A stretch of 64,000 bases of DNA from an uncultured Gammaproteobacteria bacterium (GTDB taxonomy: Bacteria; Pseudomonadota; Gammaproteobacteria; SZUA-229), in assembly GCA_965602855.1 (NCBI GenBank), contig CBFCZV010000011.1, positions 453 through 64,452 on the forward strand, read 5' to 3'. The notes under the pieces are model-generated. The model was not told the origin of the DNA. It made no database searches and was given only the letters and a program-made list of their open reading frames with translations. Positions 27,617 through 37,557 of the stretch are shown in pieces (position 1 is the first letter of the stretch; every line of letters starts with the position of its first letter). The translations under genes were made by a program, and so were the position numbers.

Positions 27617-29152
27617 ATGTCATTCCTAACTCAATTCTGGTTACAACGCATGGCGACACTCGCCAATGCATCAAAGGTATTTTATTACGCTTTTTTATGG
27701 TTATTAGTGTTTATCGGCGTTATTTTTCTACTTATTTTCCCCATTACCGCGCTCCTGTCACTAGGCTGGCTGGGGTCGCTGATCTATCTTGAAAACCCCA
27801 TGAGCTGGCAGAACAACGACTGGATACTCGCCGCCAGCCTGTTAGCCAGCACCGGCTATTGTGGCTGGGTAAGTTTCGGTATATACAAAATCAAACCCGA
27901 GCTACCCGCTGGCAAACCACTGGACACAAAACTCTTTCCTGTACTGGCTGACCGCATCAACGAACTGCACACCACCTATCAGTCACCTGAATTTCACCAC
28001 ATCAAACTCACTACCCGCTTTCGTATAGAGCTGGTCAGAACACCCGTACACGGCTATCCCACTAATTTTACAAACACTCTGTTGATTGGACTACCTGTGA
28101 TGACCTGCATGTCACCACTGCAATTCAAGCTGCTACTGGCACGACAAATTGGCCACCTTTCCAAAAAACATAGAAGCTTTTCCCGGCAACTGGTTCATCT
28201 AAGAAATGTGTGGAATAGCTATGCACAGCACTATTCACTATCATGGCGACCTGAAACCTTCCTGTTACGGCTATTTTTTTCCTGGTACGCACCCTTTTTC
28301 TATACCAGCACCGTTGCTGCCATTCGCCTCGAAGCATTTGCTAAAGATCAACTATTAAGGGAAATCACCCCATCCTCTAATGCTGCCGAAGCAATGGCTG
28401 TTTTTGAAATAAAGAAACGCTACCTTAATACCAATTTCTGGCCCAAGCTCAATGATGCCGCCTACGCCTCGGCCAAACCACCTTATTTACCCTACACAGC
28501 TATGGCGACCATCATGAACAAGGTGCTGGATCACGATGCAAATTATGCACAAAACTGTTATGAGGCCGCCATAAATCGTGAAGTCATTAATAGCTCAGAA
28601 GTGCCCAACTTATTAAAACGATTAATAGCTATCGGCTATGAAGATTTCATCATGCCCGAACCCAATGACGACAAAGCAGCACATCATTTTCTTGGTGACC
28701 ACCAGAAAGACCTGCTAAAACAAATGGACAACATCTGGTATTTGAAAAACAAAACCGTCTGGAGCAAGCGCTATAAACAGGGCGTTGAAGAGAGACGTCG
28801 TTTAAAAGTCTTACGCGAACAGGCAGCACAGGCATTACTTTCCAATGCCGAAGCCCGCGAATATCTACTACTCATCGATAAATACATTGATGCGAAAAAA
28901 GCACTGCCTCTATTCAAGGAAATTGTAAAAACCAATTCTATGGACGCCGATGTATGCTACGAGCTCGGGCGCTTACTTTTGGAAGCCGATGATGAAGGTG
29001 GCGTTAATGCACTGAAAATCGCCATGGAAACCGATCCCAGTAAAACAGCCGACAGTTGCCAGCATATCGTCGCTTATATGGCTAAACACGGCCATGTGCA
29101 AGAAGCCCAGCAATATCGACGCCTTATTCTGGAACATCAGGCAACACATTGA
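27617..29152 (+). CDS. membrane protein with M48-peptidase-like core (degenerate active site) and C-terminal TPR-like region
   Basis: 511 aa, several N-terminal TM helices. LARQIGHLSKKH sits where M48 enzymes carry HExxH (here RQxxH). The C-terminus is helical-repeat-like. Confidence 0.5.
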   Translation: MSFLTQFWLQRMATLANASKVFYYAFLWLLVFIGVIFLLIFPITALLSLGWLGSLIYLENPMSWQNNDWILAASLLASTGYCGWVSFGIYKIKPELPAGKPLDTKLFPVLADRINELHTTYQSPEFHHIKLTTRFRIELVRTPVHGYPTNFTNTLLIGLPVMTCMSPLQFKLLLARQIGHLSKKHRSFSRQLVHLRNVWNSYAQHYSLSWRPETFLLRLFFSWYAPFFYTSTVAAIRLEAFAKDQLLREITPSSNAAEAMAVFEIKKRYLNTNFWPKLNDAAYASAKPPYLPYTAMATIMNKVLDHDANYAQNCYEAAINREVINSSEVPNLLKRLIAIGYEDFIMPEPNDDKAAHHFLGDHQKDLLKQMDNIWYLKNKTVWSKRYKQGVEERRRLKVLREQAAQALLSNAEAREYLLLIDKYIDAKKALPLFKEIVKTNSMDADVCYELGRLLLEADDEGGVNALKIAMETDPSKTADSCQHIVAYMAKHGHVQEAQQYRRLILEHQATH

Positions 29153-29769
29153 ACGATCAATTTGGGGCAAACCATCTTCCCGTTTTCCCGCTCAATACTG
29201 TTATTTTCATCAACGGAACTCTGCAGCTACAGATCTTTGAACAGCGTTATCTGAATATGGTTAAAACCTGCATGCAGAACCAGCATGGTTTTGTGTCTGT
29301 ACTCATTCGTGATGGCAGGGAAGTTGAAGACACACCCGATATTTACCCCGTCGGAACTTACGTTGAGATCATCGACTGGAATACGCTGGATAATAATTTA
29401 CTCGGTATTACCATTCAGGGGCGTCAGCGTGTTCAGATAAATAAAACTCATGTGCATGATGATAATTTAATTTCTGCTGAGATTGATTATCTTGATAATC
29501 TTAAAGCAGGCGATAATGACATCGTCGATGATGATTTACTAAGCCTGTTACAGACGCTACAAAAACATCCTTTTGTTGCTGCCAAGTACCCTGATATTAA
29601 CGACAATTACATTATTGATGTCGCTTACAAACTAGGCGAGCTACTGCCCGCATCCAACAGTGAAAAACAAAAGTTACTCGAAGCCGATCAAACAGACAGC
29701 CTGGTCGATCAGCTAAAAACCATCGTTAATCATCTCGAAAACTTATCCGCAAACAATGATCTTTTATGA
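29149..29769 (+). CDS. LON substrate-binding (Lon N-terminal) domain protein
   Basis: 206 aa. LPVFPLNTVIFINGTLQLQIFEQRYLNMV is typical of Lon N-domain proteins. TTG start overlaps the upstream stop. Confidence 0.7.
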   Translation: MNDQFGANHLPVFPLNTVIFINGTLQLQIFEQRYLNMVKTCMQNQHGFVSVLIRDGREVEDTPDIYPVGTYVEIIDWNTLDNNLLGITIQGRQRVQINKTHVHDDNLISAEIDYLDNLKAGDNDIVDDDLLSLLQTLQKHPFVAAKYPDINDNYIIDVAYKLGELLPASNSEKQKLLEADQTDSLVDQLKTIVNHLENLSANNDLL

Positions 29770-29858
29770 TCACGTTGATAATTAGGTATAATTACTGCTT
29801 TATTCTCGAATGGTAAAACGATGTCTTTAGACAAATTAAATAATAGAGGCGGTAACTA

Positions 29859-30626
29859 ATGGCCTGGTGGGGAAAATTACTCGGTGGCACATTGGGCTAT
29901 ATGCTCGGCGGTCCGTTGGGTGCAATGCTGGGCGTTGCACTGGGTGGCAATTTTGATAAAGGTCTGGGGCTTTCAGATCAATTCGCCTCGGGAGATCAGG
30001 AACGCGTACAGGCAGCCTTCTTCTCAGCCACTTTTTCTGTCATGGGACACATCGCCAAGGCCGATGGAAAAGTTACACCCGATGAAGTTGCTTCTGCACG
30101 CAACATCATGAATCAGATGCAGCTCACCAGCGAACAACTGGAGGCTGCAAAAAAATTATTTAACGAAGGCAAAAAAACGGACTTTCCACTCGACGCTATT
30201 CTTTTTCAGTTTAAAAAAGAATGTCACCGTCGTAGCAATTTGATACAGATGTTTCTTGAAATCCAGATCGCCATGGCCATGGCCGATGGACAGTTACACA
30301 CCAATGAAAAAACACTGATCTATCATATTGGTCAGCAGCTGGGTTTTGCACAGGCTCAAATTGATCAACTGTTCCGCTTTGCTTCAGGTTCGGCACATAC
30401 ACAACAGGATAAAACTCATTCACTGAATGATGCTTATGCTATTCTAGGCGTCAAGTCATCAGACTCTGATGCTGACATTAAAAAGTCATACCGACGCTTA
30501 ATGAGCCAGCATCACCCTGATAAATTAGTGGCCAAGGGACTGCCCGAAGAAATGGTGAAAGTTGCCACAGAAAAAACACAGGAAATTCATAAAGCCTACG
30601 ACCTTATAAAAGCCAGTAGAAAATAA
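29859..30626 (+). CDS. djlA: co-chaperone DjlA
   Basis: 255 aa. N-terminal Gly-rich TM, TerB-like middle, C-terminal J domain (AYAILGV...YRRLMSQHHPDKL). Confidence 0.85.
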   Translation: MAWWGKLLGGTLGYMLGGPLGAMLGVALGGNFDKGLGLSDQFASGDQERVQAAFFSATFSVMGHIAKADGKVTPDEVASARNIMNQMQLTSEQLEAAKKLFNEGKKTDFPLDAILFQFKKECHRRSNLIQMFLEIQIAMAMADGQLHTNEKTLIYHIGQQLGFAQAQIDQLFRFASGSAHTQQDKTHSLNDAYAILGVKSSDSDADIKKSYRRLMSQHHPDKLVAKGLPEEMVKVATEKTQEIHKAYDLIKASRK

Positions 30627-30639
30627 GCAGGAAATAATT

Positions 30640-30963
30640 ATGTTAATTGAAGGCCCACTCAATATAAGCGTTGTTGATACCGACACGGGTGAACGTGAAC
30701 TTCATCTGAAATTCTCAGCTGAATTTAAAGCACTTAAACTTAATCAACAGTGCGACTCTTTTCATGAATTCATTCACTATCTAAAAACTGAAATTGATAT
30801 TCTGGAAGAATCTGATCCAAATCGTCACGGCATGTTAACTATTCAACAAATAGCTGAGCAAATGCTGCCTCATATCGAATCCAACGAAATCCCTCTAGAA
30901 GATGCCATCATCGTCAACATTCAGGCCGACAGCCCTTTTGGCAGCATAGAAATTAAAAAATAA
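30640..30963 (+). CDS. hypothetical protein
   Basis: 107 aa, acidic, 13 nt downstream of djlA. Confidence 0.5.
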   Translation: MLIEGPLNISVVDTDTGERELHLKFSAEFKALKLNQQCDSFHEFIHYLKTEIDILEESDPNRHGMLTIQQIAEQMLPHIESNEIPLEDAIIVNIQADSPFGSIEIKK

Positions 30964-31014
30964 AAATATCAGCAAGTAATGCCGATGCAAAGGACATGCG
31001 TCGGTGAAAAATAT

Positions 31015-31419
31015 TTAACCGCGTGTCGAACCACTTATTTCCCAGGCGTACGCGCAGTCGAGTTCCGAAAGCACCGCAATAACACCCGTATCACCATCTT
31101 CCAGCATTGTTCGAACAGGTGTACGTTTTTGGAAACGTCGATGTGGCATATTCATCCAGCGCGCACCCATTTTTAAATTTCTTGGATAAGAAGTACGCAA
31201 TGCATCAACAATACCCAACAAAGAAGCAATGCGAATATTGATTTGATCTGTTTCCGGAAATGGCGTGTTATCACGAAACTTTTGCAAATGACGAGTACGC
31301 TGCCCCTCGGGTAAACTCAGCACGGCGATAATCTGCTCTCCGGTCAAACCCCAGTCATCAACGGCTTCCATAATTTTAAGCGTTGCAGTTAAACGTTGAG
31401 ACTCTGTTAATTCTTTCAT
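31015..31419 (-). CDS. DUF2384 / Xre-MbcA-ParS-like antitoxin-type domain protein (orphan)
   Basis: C-terminal WMNMPHRRFQKRTPVRTMLEDGDTGVIAVLSEL pattern. Start set at the ATG at 31419, which has an AGGAG SD 5 nt upstream. Confidence 0.55.
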   Translation of the reverse strand: MKELTESQRLTATLKIMEAVDDWGLTGEQIIAVLSLPEGQRTRHLQKFRDNTPFPETDQINIRIASLLGIVDALRTSYPRNLKMGARWMNMPHRRFQKRTPVRTMLEDGDTGVIAVLSELDCAYAWEISGSTRG

Positions 31420-31479
31420 GTGTACTCCTAAAAGTATTGTATCATCAGATTTTACCACGATTCTAAATTAGGTAGCGAC

Positions 31480-31977
31480 ATGCCCGTACAAACCATATTA
31501 CGCATGGGGAATCCCCTGTTACTGCAACGAGCAAAAGAAGTCACTGAATTTAATACCCCAGAGTTAAACCGGTTAATTCTTGATATGCAGGACACCATGC
31601 ACGCAGAAGAAGGCGCAGGCCTTGCCGCTCCACAAATTGGAGTTAGTTTACGTGTGGTTATTTTTGGCGTCGATCACAACACGCGATACCCGGATGCGGA
31701 ATCTGTTCCACAAACTATTTTAATTAATCCCGTGATTACAACTGTTGATGAAGTAATGGAAGATGGCTGGGAAGGTTGCTTGAGCTTGCCTGGGCTACGT
31801 GGCCTTGTTCCACGATATCGCCATATAAAATATTCTGGTTTTAATACACAAGGAGAGAGATTTGAAAAGGATGCTTCGGACTTTCACGCCCGTGTTGTCC
31901 AACATGAATGTGATCACCTTGATGGATTTCTTTATCCACAACGCATGAAAGACCTTAAGCAATTTTCCTACATTTAA
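31480..31977 (+). CDS. def: peptide deformylase
   Basis: 165 aa. Motifs [26 protein letters not shown]. Confidence 0.92.
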   Translation: MPVQTILRMGNPLLLQRAKEVTEFNTPELNRLILDMQDTMHAEEGAGLAAPQIGVSLRVVIFGVDHNTRYPDAESVPQTILINPVITTVDEVMEDGWEGCLSLPGLRGLVPRYRHIKYSGFNTQGERFEKDASDFHARVVQHECDHLDGFLYPQRMKDLKQFSYI

Positions 31978-32097
31978 GAACTTCAGAAGTCTAATTAATA
32001 TACTAATTACGCGTCAGACAACAAGAAAATAACTACTCGCTTCAATTAATCTATTTTTTATAGCCCCTCTAAATTAATTACATTAATGATATTCAAA

Positions 32098-34494
32098 CTA
32101 TCCATCAACATCCCTCACCATCTCATCATGATAGTACTTGTACTTCGGCCGCGCCTCGATGCCATGGCATTTAACACAGAACGTATCTTTGGCGCCCCGG
32201 CGGCGTAAAAAACTATTAAGTACATTGCCTTCCTGATTCTCAAACTCTGTCCGTTCAATTACTTCTTCTTTCTTGTTCGAACCATGTTCAGGCTGCCAAC
32301 GATGAGGATTATGACAGGTCACACATGCAATACTGCCAAACTCTTCTATTTCATTTTTCGCATTCACCAGCGGCATGACTTTAGCATCAGATCGCAGTAC
32401 AAGATCTTCAAAAGGATGGCTAAAGAGTTCAACTGTCCTCTTTTCAGCTACGCCTTTATCCTGGTGACAGTTCATGCAGATACGGTCTCGCTCAAGCGGT
32501 TTTTCCTTACCTTTTTCCTTATATTTTCTGCGCTCACCTGCATATAAAAAATCAGTTTGTTCATCACCTTTATGCAGGCTGTGGCAGGATCCGCAAACAC
32601 CAGCCTGTTCAGGCTTCTGATCAAAATGATTTTCATGATTTTTGGCGGTGACACGTAGATCATGATCGGTATTAGCTACCTGCTCATATTCTTCATGACA
32701 GAAACTGCATAGTTTGCCATCACGGTTATCAAACTTAAGCAGGGCAGTGCCTTCTTTACCATTGTGTAGATCATGACAGGTCAGGCAGGTAATTTTTTTA
32801 ATTTCTTCTTCACCAACCTTGACGGATTTTTCCAGCTCAATATTGACTGGATGTATACCTTTTTTGCGTGCATCTTTTTCATCTTTGGCGTGCTGGCGTT
32901 CGTGGCAGGCTGTGCACAGTTGTGCATCATCAATTTCTAGTGGTGTCAGTGCTTCATTGGCTGCACCGTGAATCTGGTGGCAGCTCTGGCAAATCATCTG
33001 TTTATCACCACCCAGACTTAGGCCTTGTTCTAACAGTTTCTTTGGCATGCCTTTATGCAAATGTTCATCTACGGCGTAACCTTCTGTCTCACCTGCGGGC
33101 GGCTGTTTGAGATAAACCCCCACTGGATGATTAATACCTTTTAAGGGGAATTTTTTGTTTAGCGTACTGGCCAGTTTTGATTCATGACACTGCTGGCACA
33201 GGTCACCATCCTTGTTCAATACTCGCAGCCATGGATTGGCGTGCTCGCTGTATAAAGTATCGGCTTCATCGATGTCTGCCGAATGTGGGGTATGGCAACT
33301 GCCGCAACTGAGCTGTTTTTCTTTATTGTGGTTATCGCTCAATAAAGGAAATGCTTCGGGTATTTCATCCTCTCGTTTTTTGTCTTTCTGTGTTTTATCT
33401 TTTTCACGCTGATGATGAATGTCGGGGTGCTGCTCACCATGGCCAATAGAACGACGTGAATCTAGAACCGCACCGTGGTGACAGCTATAACACATGCGCT
33501 CGCTGGCCACAGGTGGCACATCTTCATGGGAAATCTTTCCTGCTTTATATTCATCCGACCATTCCAGATGGCAGCTAATGCAGTTTTTTTGTGATGTCTC
33601 TAATGTTGCTTGCTGCGGTATTGTTGCCTGTATTTCTGAAAGCTGGAATACCTCAACCCGGTTTTCCAGTGCATCGACAACATAAAGCTTGTCCTGCTCG
33701 ATGCTTAGTGCAACTGGTGCTGAAAACTTGATGGGATTCTTTTTTTCATCCATTAAAAACCCATCAAACTCACCATCATAAAAAACTGAAATCGTACCGC
33801 GATAAGCATCACTCACCAGCATGTGCCGTTCTCTTAAGGCCAGTCCATTGGGGCGATACAGTTCGCCATCTGCCAGACCGAAGCGACCTGCCTGACCAAA
33901 TCGTCGACCTTGCTGATTAAATCCCTGTACCCTCGCATTGATGACATCGACTACCTGCAGATAGCCATCACGGTCATGCTTTATCTGAAATGGAAATAAA
34001 AATTCAGAAGCCAGCTCACCACGCTTGCCCCAGCACAGCAGTTCTTTGCCCGTACTGGCATCGATACGACAGACACGGTGGTTGCGTCGATCACTCCAGC
34101 TAATAATACCCTCGCTAATTGTCAGTGCCACCGGCTCTGCTGGCTTCTCACCAGACAGGGGCAAATGCTTGATCAGTCGCCCAGCCAAATCAAACATGCT
34201 GATGCGGTGATTGCCCGTATCAGCCAGATAAACTTTATCCTCACTGATAGCTATACCCATGGGTAAGTTCAATCCCGCAGACTGGCCAAAACTGAAAGAC
34301 CATGTTGCATTTTCATCAAACACGACGACCCGATTATTAACACCATCTAAAACATAGGCATGGCCGTCTTTACTAATGGCCACGTCACTGGGCTGATCCA
34401 GGCCGCCTTCCAGCGTTGTAATATGATCTGCCTGCAGTGCTGCGTTTGCATTAACCGCAAACAAGGCGCATATCAGGAAAAAAACTGTTCTCAC
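32098..34494 (-). CDS. NHL-repeat beta-propeller fused to a dodecaheme c-type cytochrome (periplasmic or secreted)
   Basis: 798 aa with signal peptide (AVNANA). Six NHL-like repeats (e.g. YVLDGVNNRVVVFD, YLADTGNHRISMFD, YVVDALENRVEVFQ), then 12 CxxCH. GTG start overlaps the upstream stop by 4 nt. Confidence 0.85.
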   Translation of the reverse strand: MRTVFFLICALFAVNANAALQADHITTLEGGLDQPSDVAISKDGHAYVLDGVNNRVVVFDENATWSFSFGQSAGLNLPMGIAISEDKVYLADTGNHRISMFDLAGRLIKHLPLSGEKPAEPVALTISEGIISWSDRRNHRVCRIDASTGKELLCWGKRGELASEFLFPFQIKHDRDGYLQVVDVINARVQGFNQQGRRFGQAGRFGLADGELYRPNGLALRERHMLVSDAYRGTISVFYDGEFDGFLMDEKKNPIKFSAPVALSIEQDKLYVVDALENRVEVFQLSEIQATIPQQATLETSQKNCISCHLEWSDEYKAGKISHEDVPPVASERMCYSCHHGAVLDSRRSIGHGEQHPDIHHQREKDKTQKDKKREDEIPEAFPLLSDNHNKEKQLSCGSCHTPHSADIDEADTLYSEHANPWLRVLNKDGDLCQQCHESKLASTLNKKFPLKGINHPVGVYLKQPPAGETEGYAVDEHLHKGMPKKLLEQGLSLGGDKQMICQSCHQIHGAANEALTPLEIDDAQLCTACHERQHAKDEKDARKKGIHPVNIELEKSVKVGEEEIKKITCLTCHDLHNGKEGTALLKFDNRDGKLCSFCHEEYEQVANTDHDLRVTAKNHENHFDQKPEQAGVCGSCHSLHKGDEQTDFLYAGERRKYKEKGKEKPLERDRICMNCHQDKGVAEKRTVELFSHPFEDLVLRSDAKVMPLVNAKNEIEEFGSIACVTCHNPHRWQPEHGSNKKEEVIERTEFENQEGNVLNSFLRRRGAKDTFCVKCHGIEARPKYKYYHDEMVRDVDG

Positions 34495-35294
34495 TTGAGC
34501 AAATCCTTGATGCGAATTTGTTGATCATCTTTTTTGAAGCGTGTGAAGAAACGTGCAATCGTGTTTCTCTGAATTTTTTTCGCCTGCTCGGGAGATGCGC
34601 CCAGTGCTGCCAGATCCAGCATGGGGTTATCATCACCATGGCAACGCTGACATTTCGGGCCTTTTTCTTCTAGCGGTGCGTGCAGGCGTGCTTTAAGTTT
34701 GGCCTTGTCATTTTCATTGGCATCCTGCCAGTCCTGTTTTATTCTTTTAGAAAAATCATCATCGCTAAATATTAAAGCCAGCTCTTCAATATAAAACGGA
34801 GTGATTTTTGCACCTATCTGTGGCACCAGCATCAACTGTTGTTCTGGCTTATCTTTTTTGTTTTCATCCTGCTTCGGAACACGGGCAGCAATTTTGTTGC
34901 CTGCATTAGCACCATCAAAAGCCAGCCACGCATATTCCATGTCAATATCATCAGGCCGCATATGACAGGTTTCACAGGCAATATAACGACTGTGCCTGTT
35001 CATAAAGGTGCGACTACGTTCGTTCTTTCTGTGTGGCAGGCTCTGATGGCAGTTCGTGCAAATCGCCTGCTTTGTAGTTTTCTGTTGCTCAGCACGGTGA
35101 TGAAACACCGGTACGGAAATATTTTCCTGCAACTTGATTTCCTTATGATCTTTTATTTTCTTAAGGGCCTCATCAACTTGCTTTTCACTGGGTGCGGCCT
35201 GGGTTACCTGCTGCTGGTAGAACGGTACGGCCAGCAGTTGCTGGGGCAACAATAATGAACATATAAATAAAAATACTAACCAGTGCTTATTCAT
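34491..35294 (-). CDS. triheme c-type cytochrome
   Basis: Start set at MNKHWLVFLF (signal peptide); ATGAATAA overlaps the upstream stop by 8 nt. Motifs CTNCH, CETCH, CQRCH. Confidence 0.8.
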   Translation of the reverse strand: MNKHWLVFLFICSLLLPQQLLAVPFYQQQVTQAAPSEKQVDEALKKIKDHKEIKLQENISVPVFHHRAEQQKTTKQAICTNCHQSLPHRKNERSRTFMNRHSRYIACETCHMRPDDIDMEYAWLAFDGANAGNKIAARVPKQDENKKDKPEQQLMLVPQIGAKITPFYIEELALIFSDDDFSKRIKQDWQDANENDKAKLKARLHAPLEEKGPKCQRCHGDDNPMLDLAALGASPEQAKKIQRNTIARFFTRFKKDDQQIRIKDLLK

Positions 35295-37554
35295 TGCCTT
35301 TCTCCTGATTAGCTGATTTTTTTCCGGAGGCATTTTTACTGTTCCTTTTCTTTACTTTTCCTTTGGCTTTGCGTTCCAGCATTTTTTCCTGAAAAGCATC
35401 ACCACCCAGTATGGAGAAGGTCACACCCTTTTTACGCTTGCCCAATACACTGCGCCACAAAGCACCAACAGCAAAAACCAGTATCACTGGAAGAAAAATA
35501 AACAATGCTTTTATCCAGTTTGAATCTGTTCTTTCAACGACGGGTAACGTGCTGTCATCACTAACGGCAATCATATCCAGATCGTGTAGATCTGTTTCGA
35601 CAAAGCCTTTATTTAGCGGGTGTTTAGCAAAGCCATGACATTCACTCTGTGCACAAGTTTCTGCCAGCTTTTCCGGATGCGTTGCAGCCTGTTTCTTTTC
35701 ATCGCGCAAAATGCCATGCCGATAACCTGTTGGTGCGTGGCAATCAATACATGATGCACCCTGCATAACATTCGCTTCTAGCAGACGTCCGTGCAGGGTC
35801 ATTGCATAACTATCGCTGGCGACGACAAATCGTGGCCCGGCTTTTTCTTTTTCCTGGGTTTCTTCATCTTCTATTTCAACTTCAGCCATGCGCTCGTGAT
35901 CTGCATGGCACTGGTTGCAGCTTCTGTTATGATCATTTTTATCCCAACGTGAACCTATAAAACGACGCAACAAATGCCCGCTAAATTGCCCTAACCAAAC
36001 TTCTCCTTGATGACATTTTCCACATTCAGTTTCGACATGATCAAAATCGGCTTTAAATTTCGGCAGCATTTTCTCACTGATATAGGCTTCGTTGCTGTGA
36101 CATTGACGGCAGGATGGGTTTTGTTTCTCGCTGCTTTCTTCCAGTCGGTTGCCGCCGGTGAATCCCTTGCTCCAGCCGTCGCCATGCGTGGAATCGGCAA
36201 ACTCTTCGACCACTTTTTTATGAGTATAGGGTTTGCCTTTGGATGGCTCTTCTACATGACAGGTCTCAGCGCAATCGACTTCACCATTCTCAACCTTGTG
36301 TGGAAAATCCTGTATTTTTCGATGACAGTCCTTGCACGGCACGCTGCCATGGAGTGAACTGTTGTAATGTTTTTTTTTGATTGATGCGCTACGTAGCACG
36401 CCTAGCTTATCAATATAATCCAGTCCCTCTAAAGCATGACAGGAAAAACAGCCATCGGGGTCGGGGTGACGCTCGGCGGCAAAAACATCCTGACTAAAAC
36501 CAACAAAGAGCAATGTCATAACAAAGATCAAGGCCACACTCATATGCCGTGGAGAACGCCAATGCTTAAATCCCTTTCCTTTATTTAGTCGCAGGTACGA
36601 CCAGCGACTGTCTTTTTTCTCCTTTTTTGATGGCTCGAAATGAACGGCCGTCCAGTTTGGCTGGGGATGGAAATCCACGCCTTTTTTCTTACGCTTAGGA
36701 TCTTCATCCAGTGGCGCACTACGCCAGTCGATTGCACCCCAGTCACAGACATCAACGCATTCATGACAGGACATGCAGGATAGTTGATCGACCACGGCAA
36801 TGCCGTCTTTCATCTGAATGGCACCGGTCATGCATTGGCGGGCACAGATATTACAGCCGGTACAGCGGCTACGTTCAACGCGTACCCGTCGGGTAAATCT
36901 GAACATTGCACCGAGTCGATTAACCAGTCCATCGACGGCACCGATGGGGCAAAGGAACGTACAGTAAGCACGGCCTTTGCTGGAAAAGAATCCCAGCAAA
37001 AACAGCAGAGCGATATTGACCAGACCAATGCCAGACAAAATATAAGCAAACCCCTTGAGGCCACCACTGATTGCTTCAAACAAACGCGGCACGGTAATAA
37101 AATTACATAGCGTGCAGGCGCTGATACCCAGCAGCGGCATCAATACCAGATAAACAGAAAAGTAACCGTAACGAATTGGCACCTGAGGCAGGGCGCGGTA
37201 TTCAATCTTCCAGCGGTCGTCTATTGTGCGGCTGACCATTTCGGGAAAACCGCCGACCGGACAAACGTAGGAACACCACATACGGCCGTAAAAAAACGTG
37301 GTCATCATAATGGTGGTGAACACATATACCCCGATGGAGGCTACCTGAATATTATTAGCAACATCCTGTGGGTCCATACCGGGGAAGATTAGATAAAAGC
37401 GGCGCATACAAAGCTTGCCGCACAGATCCGGATTATCAACCAGGCTCGGTAAAAACAGAAAGGGCGCAAAAAATAATGTGCATGACAATATAATTATTGC
37501 GTAGCGAAACTTCTGCGGGTTGGGTATCGCCTTGATGTTATCGATAATTCTCAT
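35287..37554 (-). CDS. NapH/CcoG-type membrane polyferredoxin fused to a membrane-anchored multiheme cytochrome c domain
   Basis: 755 aa. N-terminal 4 TM helices with CSYVCPVGG and CTFLCPIGA, then two 4Fe-4S motifs (CTGCNICARQC, CMSCHECVDVC). A TM follows, then 6 CxxCH plus CAETCH and CAQSECH, a final TM, and a Lys-rich tail. Confidence 0.85.
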   Translation of the reverse strand: MRIIDNIKAIPNPQKFRYAIIILSCTLFFAPFLFLPSLVDNPDLCGKLCMRRFYLIFPGMDPQDVANNIQVASIGVYVFTTIMMTTFFYGRMWCSYVCPVGGFPEMVSRTIDDRWKIEYRALPQVPIRYGYFSVYLVLMPLLGISACTLCNFITVPRLFEAISGGLKGFAYILSGIGLVNIALLFLLGFFSSKGRAYCTFLCPIGAVDGLVNRLGAMFRFTRRVRVERSRCTGCNICARQCMTGAIQMKDGIAVVDQLSCMSCHECVDVCDWGAIDWRSAPLDEDPKRKKKGVDFHPQPNWTAVHFEPSKKEKKDSRWSYLRLNKGKGFKHWRSPRHMSVALIFVMTLLFVGFSQDVFAAERHPDPDGCFSCHALEGLDYIDKLGVLRSASIKKKHYNSSLHGSVPCKDCHRKIQDFPHKVENGEVDCAETCHVEEPSKGKPYTHKKVVEEFADSTHGDGWSKGFTGGNRLEESSEKQNPSCRQCHSNEAYISEKMLPKFKADFDHVETECGKCHQGEVWLGQFSGHLLRRFIGSRWDKNDHNRSCNQCHADHERMAEVEIEDEETQEKEKAGPRFVVASDSYAMTLHGRLLEANVMQGASCIDCHAPTGYRHGILRDEKKQAATHPEKLAETCAQSECHGFAKHPLNKGFVETDLHDLDMIAVSDDSTLPVVERTDSNWIKALFIFLPVILVFAVGALWRSVLGKRKKGVTFSILGGDAFQEKMLERKAKGKVKKRNSKNASGKKSANQEKGNE

Positions 37555-37557
37555 TCT

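Noticed and set aside
30964-31458. RES-type toxin partner for the DUF2384 (Xre/MbcA/ParS-like) protein
   Set aside because: No ORF follows it on the minus strand before the convergent 30640-30963 gene, so I do not call a toxin-antitoxin pair.
36745-36777. CMSCH within the 755-aa protein as an additional heme-binding site
   Set aside because: It is part of a Cx2Cx2Cx3C ferredoxin motif (CMSCHECVDVC) in the predicted cytoplasmic domain, so I did not count it as a heme c site.
36007-37110. Several 60-116 aa ORFs antisense to, or out of frame within, the 755-aa polyferredoxin-cytochrome gene
   Set aside because: The long frame carries coherent TM, Fe-S and heme motifs. The short ORFs have none.
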